NCBI GenBank assembly: GCA_963700635.1
Contig: CAVOYH010000003.1
Location: forward strand, 1,216,001-1,280,000
DNA length: 64,000 nucleotides
From: an uncultured Bacteroidota bacterium
GTDB lineage: Bacteria; Bacteroidota; Ignavibacteria; UBA10030; UBA6906
Reading direction: 5' to 3'
Position 1 is the stretch's first letter. Every line of letters starts with the position of its first letter. Made by a program: the position numbers and the translations under genes. The notes beneath the pieces were generated by a model. It saw only the letters and a program-made list of their open reading frames with translations, did not search any database and was not told the origin of the DNA. Below, one piece after another: positions 57,168-64,000 of the stretch.

Positions 57168-57914
57168 CTATTTTTTCTTAAGTTGATCGGCGACCGCTTT
57201 TGCCGCTGCCTGAATCGCGGCCTCGTCGCCAAGATAGTAGTGACGGATGGGTCTCAGCTGGTCGTCCAACTCATACACGAGCGGAATGCCGGTCGGGATG
57301 TTGAGTTCAACGATCTCCTGTTCGGGGATATTGTCCAGGTATTTCACCAGTGCGCGAAGACTGTTTCCATGTGCTGCGATGAGTACGCGTTTTCCTGATT
57401 GGACAGCGGGAGCGATGGTCTGGTGCCAGTGAGGGAGAAAGCGGGCAACCGTATCCTTAAGTGATTCAGTGAGGGGGAGATCCCCGGGATTAAGTCCGGC
57501 GTACCGCGCTTCGCGCAGGGGATATCGCGGGTCGTCCGGAGTGAGGGCAGGAGGCGGAATGTCGTAACTCCTGCGCCATATCTTCACCTGTTCAAGTCCA
57601 TGTTTCTCAGCGGTTTCCGTCTTATTCAGACCCTGGAGGCTTCCGTAGTGACGCTCATTCAGGCGCCAGCTGTTATACACCGGGATATACATCTGGTCAA
57701 GTTCTTCGAGTGCGACCCAGAGTGTTTTGATGGCGCGGGAGAGCACAGAAGTAAACGCGACGTCAAACGTATACCCCTCTTTTCGTAGTGTCTTTCCGGC
57801 CTCACGTGCCTCCAGCAGCCCTTTTTCACTCAGCCCTACATCGGTCCATCCGGTGAAACGATTCTCCTTGTTCCATGTGCTTTCGCCGTGACGCAATAAG
57901 ACCAGCTTCTTCAT
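57168..57914 (-). CDS. gpmA: 2,3-bisphosphoglycerate-dependent phosphoglycerate mutase
   Basis: LRHGES.WN..NRFTGW, LNERHYG, AHGNSLR. Confidence 0.97.
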   Translation of the reverse strand: MKKLVLLRHGESTWNKENRFTGWTDVGLSEKGLLEAREAGKTLRKEGYTFDVAFTSVLSRAIKTLWVALEELDQMYIPVYNSWRLNERHYGSLQGLNKTETAEKHGLEQVKIWRRSYDIPPPALTPDDPRYPLREARYAGLNPGDLPLTESLKDTVARFLPHWHQTIAPAVQSGKRVLIAAHGNSLRALVKYLDNIPEQEIVELNIPTGIPLVYELDDQLRPIRHYYLGDEAAIQAAAKAVADQLKKK

Positions 57915-57955
57915 GATGTATACGTCCTCTCCTTGTGAACGGGATGACAACCCAC

Positions 57956-57984
57956 AAGGTACGGGTTTTTTTACGGTGGTGCAA
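57956..57984 (-). promoter_or_regulatory. Sigma70-type promoter of gpmA
   Basis: TTGCAC-N17-TACCTT on the minus strand. Confidence 0.55.
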
Positions 57985-58035
57985 AGACCCCGGGATGTGT
58001 CCGGCCAGGCAGCGGGAGTTCCGGGGAAAAGACAT

Positions 58036-60057
58036 TCAGGGTTTTGTTTCTTTTGCCTGCGGCACGAACAACCATTCAGGCGGATGGAGCAAGTTCAGGT
58101 GATCGCGCAGTGAAGGATCAAGCAGCAGGAGACCGACCTGGTATGAAGCATTGGTCCATCCAAATCCCTCACGCGTGATGTAGGAGAAGTCTGTACCCAC
58201 ATTGCCGTATTCTGCGAAAACCTGATGAGAACGAAGTTGCACATCGTACTTCTCCGTTACTGTTCCCGCATAGTATGCGGCATTGACGGTAATGGTAAAA
58301 AGCCATCGATAGGCAAGCCGCTGGGCGGCCGCAGAAAAACCGTAACGCTGGAGCCCACCCCACACCAGCATTTGGTGGGGCGCCCAGCCATATGGATAAT
58401 CCCATTGGCGCAGAGGATGTTCGGGAGTCACCGGTCCCCTGGAGATCTCGCCGGAGGATGCGATGCCCCCCGGTTCTTCCAGCAGCGGAAGAAGATTGGA
58501 AACGATGCTTCGGGCCTGCCCGGGTGATGCACACCCTGCCCACAATGGATAGAACCCGGTGGCGCTGGTATAGGGGATCCTGCGTTGCGCGACGATGTCA
58601 TAATCCAGGTACACTCCCCGCTCCGTATCCCAGAGCAGGGAATCGATTCGTGTTTTTCGATCCTGTGCCCGGCGGCGCCACTCTGCCCCCGTCGAAGTGC
58701 GTCCGTCTGGCAGAGTGAGTGTGCCGCCGAATTCAGAGGTGATCATCTGAGCCAGGTCATCCTCAATCTTGTAGAGAAGGGAATTCAGATCCACCGTAAC
58801 AAGGTTTCCGCAGCGCCCGAGCAGGCGATAACCTGTATCGTGTCCTGATTCACGCATCGCTCTGTCATGGACGAAGAACGAATCGAGTGCAGGGATCTTC
58901 AGTGTGCCCCCCTTATAGGCCTGTTCAAGGGCTTGCGGGGTCATACCATATCGAGGCGCATAGTGCCGGAACACAGGGGCAAAGTGACCGGGTTCGACTT
59001 CTGGAGGAACGCCGCTGCTCTCGTCGAGATACCTGCTGAGTCCGGTATCGGTAAGCCGGAGTTTGCCCATCCAGACGGTATCGTATTCGACAATAGCCGC
59101 AGCCAGAATCTCTGCAAGCCATGTACGCGCGGCCGCACCAGCGGGCATGCGCCGGTACACCTCGGTTGCCATAGAGGTCAAAAACGGCGGCTGGGATCGG
59201 CTCAGATAGTATGTTCGATTGGCGTTAAGAATCTTGCCGTAGTGACGGATCTGATAGGCCATATTGTCAACCATACTGCGAGCCAGCTCAAGGCGGCCGT
59301 CAGCGAGAAGTCCCAGGACAATAAAATAACTGTCCCATCCGTACATTTCATTAAATCTGCCACCGGGGACCACGAAAGGAAGCCCGGTTATACGCCCGTC
59401 AGCATGCCGCCGGAGAGCGAGAGTCAGGAGCCCGTGTTCTCGTCCCCCATCTTCCGCAAAAGCGATACGGGATGAAGACGGCAGGGCGTGGACGATAATG
59501 CCCGGTTCGGGCAGGCGTCCGGACAACGATCGGAAATAGTCGAGCGCCAGACTATCACTGTGAGGCACATACACATGCGCGGGACCTGCACGGCCGGCCA
59601 TTTTGGAATCTGCCACGATGTTCAGGAGACCGGCTGAGTCCACGTTTCTGGTCAGGCCGTCCCAGTACCGTTCGCGGATCAACCGGGTAATCCGGGAGGA
59701 GGGAGGCTCGTAGATCCGGCGGAATGAGAGATCCGCGGTGTCTCTTCCCCGTTCCTTCTCCAGGGCCAGTTCCTGAAGCAGATGTGACAACGGCTGGATG
59801 CCGAACACGTCGAATGACCGTCCATCGGTCAGCGGGATGGAGAACTTCTTGTCACCGCGAATGGTCCCGCGGATCGGCGCATCAAGGACCGTGATCCGGG
59901 TATCATGGTCAGTGTCCTCTTCGGTGAGCAGTGAGGAAAATACCTGTGCAGTCACAACCCGCACGGCGACACTATCAACCTGACCCCACGAAGAAGAAAA
60001 GAAGATGCAGAGAGCCAGACCGATGATAGTGGTGCTGGCCTGTAGAGAGAGTCTCAT
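58036..60057 (-). CDS. Exported alpha,alpha-trehalase (GH37)
   Basis: [55 protein letters not shown]; signal peptide. Confidence 0.93.
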   Translation of the reverse strand: MRLSLQASTTIIGLALCIFFSSSWGQVDSVAVRVVTAQVFSSLLTEEDTDHDTRITVLDAPIRGTIRGDKKFSIPLTDGRSFDVFGIQPLSHLLQELALEKERGRDTADLSFRRIYEPPSSRITRLIRERYWDGLTRNVDSAGLLNIVADSKMAGRAGPAHVYVPHSDSLALDYFRSLSGRLPEPGIIVHALPSSSRIAFAEDGGREHGLLTLALRRHADGRITGLPFVVPGGRFNEMYGWDSYFIVLGLLADGRLELARSMVDNMAYQIRHYGKILNANRTYYLSRSQPPFLTSMATEVYRRMPAGAAARTWLAEILAAAIVEYDTVWMGKLRLTDTGLSRYLDESSGVPPEVEPGHFAPVFRHYAPRYGMTPQALEQAYKGGTLKIPALDSFFVHDRAMRESGHDTGYRLLGRCGNLVTVDLNSLLYKIEDDLAQMITSEFGGTLTLPDGRTSTGAEWRRRAQDRKTRIDSLLWDTERGVYLDYDIVAQRRIPYTSATGFYPLWAGCASPGQARSIVSNLLPLLEEPGGIASSGEISRGPVTPEHPLRQWDYPYGWAPHQMLVWGGLQRYGFSAAAQRLAYRWLFTITVNAAYYAGTVTEKYDVQLRSHQVFAEYGNVGTDFSYITREGFGWTNASYQVGLLLLDPSLRDHLNLLHPPEWLFVPQAKETKP

Positions 60058-60099
60058 GGCAATGTTCCATCCGGATTGGGTAATCGAGGGCCTTTCCTC

Positions 60100-62409
60100 T
60101 CAGGGAGAGAGCGAGGAGAGCATGTCAAGGACTTCATGGTGGTCCCTGAAGTTGTACCGCGCCTGGGTATTGGTTATGCCGATACGCACCGTGTAGGCTG
60201 CCGCGGGGAGCGCTGTAAACAGATCTTCATCTGTCCAGTCGTCTCCCGCCGCGAACGTGAAGCCATAGGAGGAGCGGTTTGTCCAATGGCGTGCACCGAC
60301 CCCTTTATTCACTCCGGCGTTCCGGACTTCAATCACTTTTGCTCCCCGGAGGACCTGGACATCAATGTTTCCCGTGAACGTCATCACATGGTCGGCCAGT
60401 TCGGCTTCGATCGGGCGGGACTGATCGGGGTCTGCTGCCCGGCAATGCCAGACAAGGGAATGTTCCTTCTCTTCGACAAAAGCTCCCGGAAGTCTGTCAG
60501 CATAGAGCTGGAATATTGGCTGCAGCTGTGCTTTCCAGGCACTCGTCCGGTGTTGCGCCTTGAACCATTCCTGGTGCGCTTCGCGGATCCAGAATCCGTG
60601 TTCGGCGACCAGTCCGATGGGTAGTGTACCAAACCATTCATCCAGGACTGCGCGCTGCCGGCCGCTGATGATAACCAGTGTCGTGCGGGGATCGGCGGAA
60701 AGACGTGTCAGAAGGTTAAGAAGCGTTTGTCCGGGGCGTGCCTGCTGTGGTCGGCGTGCAAAGGGAACAAGCGTGCCGTCGTAGTCCAGGAGAAGGAGGC
60801 GTGATTCCGCCGCATGATAGGCCAGACGTACCTGTTCCTTTGCGGCCGGAGAGAGGAGTTTTGCATAGTAGTGCTGTTGCACATCATGCATTGCCTCCAG
60901 TTCGGAAAGGAAGTCATGTGCCCACCGATGGATGTCATACCTGCGCAGACGCTCACGCATGATCTGATTCCTGCGCAGTTGTTCCTCCGGCGGCATTTCC
61001 AGGGCCTCGCGCATTGCATCGGCCATCTCGATACGATCGTTAGGGTTGATGACGATGGATTCACCAAGCTCTTTGGCCGCGCCAGCCATCTCGCTCAGGA
61101 TCAGCACACCGGTACCGCTGGCACGCGCAGCGATGTACTCCTTTGCGATGAGGTTCATGCCGTCACGCAGCGGCGTTACCAGCGTGACATCACTTTCGCT
61201 GTACAACGCCATAAGGGGTTCGAACGAAAGATACCGGTACTGGTAAATAACCGGCGTCCACCCGATCGTGCCAAACCGTCCGTTGATCCGTCCGACGGCC
61301 TCCTCGATCTGTTTCTTCATCAGTTCATATTGGTCCACGCCGATTCTGGACGGTACGACAATGAGGACGAGTACGACGGCATTGCGGTAGCCCAGGTCGG
61401 TTTTCAGCAAATGTTCGAATGCGTGGAGCCGGTTAAGAATTCCCTTGGTGTAGTCAAGGCGGTCCACGGAAAGGATAAGGCGGCGGTTGCCGATCTCCTC
61501 GCGCAGTTTGTTCCGTTCAATCTCGACGGCCGGCTCGCCCGCCCCGGTCGCGAATTTGTCGAAGTCTATGCCCATGGGAAACGTCTTGCTGTGCACCACA
61601 TGGCTTGGAAGCACAAGGCGGCCCATCTGATGCTCGTGACCCAGGATACGGAGGACAGACTGGAGAAAGTGCTGGCTGTACTCATAGGTATGAAACCCGA
61701 CAAGGTCGGCTCCGAGCAATCCCTCGAGTATTGCCTTCCGCCACCGGCCGGGGAGCAGCCGGAAGATCTCGAAGGACGGAAACGGAATATGCAGGAAGAA
61801 GCCGATCGATACATCAGACAGACGGTCACGGAGCAGTTTCGGGAGGAGCATCAGGTGATAGTCATGGACCCAGATAATATCACCCGGGCGCGCCGTTGCG
61901 GCGATGACGTCGCAGAATTGCTGGTTCACCCGGCAGTACTGTTCCCAGTGCTCTTCGAGGTATGATGTGTACACCGCAAAGTAGTGGAAAAGAGGCCAGA
62001 TGGTCTTGTTGCAGAAGCCATGATAGAAGTGCTCCATATCTTTTTCGGTCAGGAAGACGGGAAGTGCACCGGCTTCATCGAAGGAGCGTTTCCGCGCGGC
62101 TTCCTGGATCTCCGGTGCGAGTGTCGAGCCGGGCCAGCCAACCCAGAGGGAATCCATTTCCGGTTCTGCAGCGCCGGCCAGGTATGATCTCATCCCTGTT
62201 ACAAGACCGCCGGTGGCTTCGGTGAACCGGACCTCTCCCTCAACCTCGGAGATGGTAAACGGGAGCCGGTTTGAAACGACGATGAGTCTGCGCCCCTGAG
62301 TGCCGCTGCGGGTACCTTTGCTTGCTGATGGTATTGCCATCTGTGATGCAAGGCCGGTCCTCCCGTCCGGTGTTCCGGATGCGGGGGAACTTCCCCGGGG
62401 ATCTTTCAT
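60100..62409 (-). CDS. otsAB: Bifunctional trehalose-6-phosphate synthase/phosphatase
   Basis: VSNRLP, WVHDYHL, FLHIPFP, DRLDYTKG, RDGMNL..KEY; HAD domain DYDGTL and GDDWTDED. Confidence 0.94.
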   Translation of the reverse strand: MKDPRGSSPASGTPDGRTGLASQMAIPSASKGTRSGTQGRRLIVVSNRLPFTISEVEGEVRFTEATGGLVTGMRSYLAGAAEPEMDSLWVGWPGSTLAPEIQEAARKRSFDEAGALPVFLTEKDMEHFYHGFCNKTIWPLFHYFAVYTSYLEEHWEQYCRVNQQFCDVIAATARPGDIIWVHDYHLMLLPKLLRDRLSDVSIGFFLHIPFPSFEIFRLLPGRWRKAILEGLLGADLVGFHTYEYSQHFLQSVLRILGHEHQMGRLVLPSHVVHSKTFPMGIDFDKFATGAGEPAVEIERNKLREEIGNRRLILSVDRLDYTKGILNRLHAFEHLLKTDLGYRNAVVLVLIVVPSRIGVDQYELMKKQIEEAVGRINGRFGTIGWTPVIYQYRYLSFEPLMALYSESDVTLVTPLRDGMNLIAKEYIAARASGTGVLILSEMAGAAKELGESIVINPNDRIEMADAMREALEMPPEEQLRRNQIMRERLRRYDIHRWAHDFLSELEAMHDVQQHYYAKLLSPAAKEQVRLAYHAAESRLLLLDYDGTLVPFARRPQQARPGQTLLNLLTRLSADPRTTLVIISGRQRAVLDEWFGTLPIGLVAEHGFWIREAHQEWFKAQHRTSAWKAQLQPIFQLYADRLPGAFVEEKEHSLVWHCRAADPDQSRPIEAELADHVMTFTGNIDVQVLRGAKVIEVRNAGVNKGVGARHWTNRSSYGFTFAAGDDWTDEDLFTALPAAAYTVRIGITNTQARYNFRDHHEVLDMLSSLSP

Positions 62410-62421
62410 TCATATTCCTTT

Positions 62422-63639
62422 CTACAACTGCACGATGTCCTCGGTGTGGTACAATGACAAAAACAGGAGAAGGTAGTCTTTGATATGGCGGGTAATGAGG
62501 AAGTTATTCTTGACATGTTGGCGCCCGTTCTCCCCGAGCCGGTTGGCAAAGGCAGGTTCTTGCAGAAGTTGTTTGATCCAGTGTGCCGTGCCCTCGATCG
62601 AATGAGTGAGGATGCCTGAGTATTTGTGCTTGATCTGGAGAGGGATGCCACCCACGGCCCCCGCGATTGTTGGTTTTCCTTTCCAGAGGGCTTCGGCTAC
62701 CGTAAGTCCGAACCCTTCACGGAGAGATTTCTGAAGGACAACAGTGGAGCCTCTCTGAAGGGCATTAATCTCAATGTCACTGGAGGGGGGGAGGTAGAGG
62801 ACGTGGATATCCTTGTCGTGTGCCGCCTCGTCGTTCACCTGCTGCATGATCGCAGGTCCTTCCGGGTCGTCCGTCGCACCGCCGCCCGCCAGAATGAGCT
62901 GGCAGTTTACATGGCGCTTGGCCAGCCTGTACGCTTTGATGACCCCGACGGGATCCTTCAGGAAGTCGAACCTCGAAATCTGCGTCACGATGGGCCGGGA
63001 ACGGTCAATGCCAAACCGCGTGAAGATGGCATCAATGGTCTCCTCGGGGAGTTCCCGGTTCTTGTCGCTGAGGGGATCAATCGAAGGTGAAATGAGAACC
63101 TGGGGGATACTGAGTGCCCGGGCAAATGCCGGGGCAGAGAACACGGCCGAATCGTATTGGTCAACATACGACTTGAGAAACTTCCAGACCCTTTCATCCG
63201 GGCGGGAGAAGTCGATATGGCACCGCCACACCCACTGTCCGCCGACCTGACTACGTTTGTCCACGAGCGCGATCGGTTGCGGGTCGTGAACGAACACGAT
63301 ATCCCCGTAGGTCATGCCCGAGGCGTTTTCCCTGTTGGTTTCAAGAAAGCCGGCCAATTCATCATCGGAGATTTCCACCGGGACGCCGTGAAGCGCGTTG
63401 TGCATCTTCTTGGTTGTCGAAAAGAAGCGCTCGTTTCCTTTAATGACATCCCAGCGGGCGTCAACACCGAGGTCGCGAAGCAGGGGCAACATGCGGGTAA
63501 GGATTTCTGCCACGCCCCCTCCGACAGCGGTCGAATTGATATTCTGTACTACCTTGCCCTGCAGCCGGTCTGCAAGCAGGAACAGCTCCTCAACGGAGCC
63601 CCTGCCTGTGATTTCTCCGTATTCGCTAATGTGTGTCAT
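62422..63639 (-). CDS. treT: GT4 trehalose glycosyltransferring synthase
   Basis: NSTAVGGGVAE, HDPQP, WRCHID, PSIDPLS.KN, SRFD..KDP, DDPEG, EGFGLTV.EA. Confidence 0.88.
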   Translation of the reverse strand: MTHISEYGEITGRGSVEELFLLADRLQGKVVQNINSTAVGGGVAEILTRMLPLLRDLGVDARWDVIKGNERFFSTTKKMHNALHGVPVEISDDELAGFLETNRENASGMTYGDIVFVHDPQPIALVDKRSQVGGQWVWRCHIDFSRPDERVWKFLKSYVDQYDSAVFSAPAFARALSIPQVLISPSIDPLSDKNRELPEETIDAIFTRFGIDRSRPIVTQISRFDFLKDPVGVIKAYRLAKRHVNCQLILAGGGATDDPEGPAIMQQVNDEAAHDKDIHVLYLPPSSDIEINALQRGSTVVLQKSLREGFGLTVAEALWKGKPTIAGAVGGIPLQIKHKYSGILTHSIEGTAHWIKQLLQEPAFANRLGENGRQHVKNNFLITRHIKDYLLLFLSLYHTEDIVQL

Positions 63640-64000
63640 GCTGGCGGACCATTGTGATAATCTGTGAACGTAAGCCTTCCATGGTTTGCGTGTACGGGTC
63701 AAGCGTGCGCATCTGTGCTGCAAGCGATGTATGGCCGAGATCGGCGAACCAGCGTGAAAAATCGTTGTCCCCGCGGCCCAGGCGCAGTTTTGCGTCAAAG
63801 ATGTGGTAGTAGAGGGCGCTAATGCTGATATGCTCCAGGACCGCAGCAAAATCGCCAAGCCCTTCCACCGCATAGGGTGTCGGCAAGACGAATATCCTGG
63901 ACGCCATGAAGTGAAATTCCTGCCCTCGTGGACAGTCGGCGAGGCGTTCCGAATGGTGCAGAGAGTCTTCGACGGCAGCAACAAAGAATGCCCGCAATTC
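63626..64000 (-). CDS. DUF5752-like protein, partial (5' end outside window)
   Basis: LYYHIFDAKLRL...NDFSRW...DPY pattern; overlaps the treT start. Confidence 0.7.
   Translation of the reverse strand, partial: ELRAFFVAAVEDSLHHSERLADCPRGQEFHFMASRIFVLPTPYAVEGLGDFAAVLEHISISALYYHIFDAKLRLGRGDNDFSRWFADLGHTSLAAQMRTLDPYTQTMEGLRSQIITMVRQHDTH

Noticed and set aside
60814-61965. 383-aa plus-strand ORF
   Set aside because: Antisense shadow of otsAB.
63640-63984. N-terminal extension of TreT in the ORF track
   Set aside because: It overlaps the DUF5752-like gene in another frame; TreT similarity begins at 63639.
1-64000. CRISPR arrays, tRNA/rRNA genes, IS elements, prophage, stop-codon recoding
   Set aside because: None seen by eye; intergenic gaps are short and genes look full-length. 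A covariance-model scan would be needed to exclude small RNAs.

Overview
A gene-dense, GC-rich bacterial window with no rRNA, tRNA, CRISPR array or mobile element that I can support. A PorZ-like T9SS protein, CcmF-type cytochrome maturation, Shine-Dalgarno use and E. coli-like -35/-10 promoters suggest Ignavibacteriota or a related FCB lineage (inference). 1-19.2 kb is housekeeping: porZ, ribH, a Crp-family regulator, a peptidase-Omp85/BamB-like/PEGA operon, kdgK, fni-polyprenyl synthase-ptsH-ptsI-pgi/pmi, an NDP-sugar transferase, metK and ahcY. The main interest is 19.3-49.1 kb. It holds a NifL-type PAS kinase and NtrC-family activator with three matching sigma54 promoters and paired enhancer-like palindromes. 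These precede an eight-gene cluster with about 70 heme-binding motifs that spans the envelope: two CbcL-like cytochrome c/b modules, a tetraheme c554-like protein, an ImcH-like protein, a porin, a 14-heme cytochrome and a 13-heme lipoprotein. Next come ccmF, ferredoxin, methionine gamma-lyase and a four-subunit 2-oxoacid:ferredoxin oxidoreductase. After two half-ferritin genes lies a LeuB/LeuC/LeuD-type cassette in which an HMG-CoA-lyase-family enzyme plus a class III CoA-transferase stand where a synthase is expected; hemN follows. 49.2-64 kb holds a propeller-sensor NarL-type two-component system, a sugar kinase/nucleotidyltransferase pair, an MFS transporter, gpmA and a trehalose locus. Family calls come from reading motifs by eye, not from database searches.
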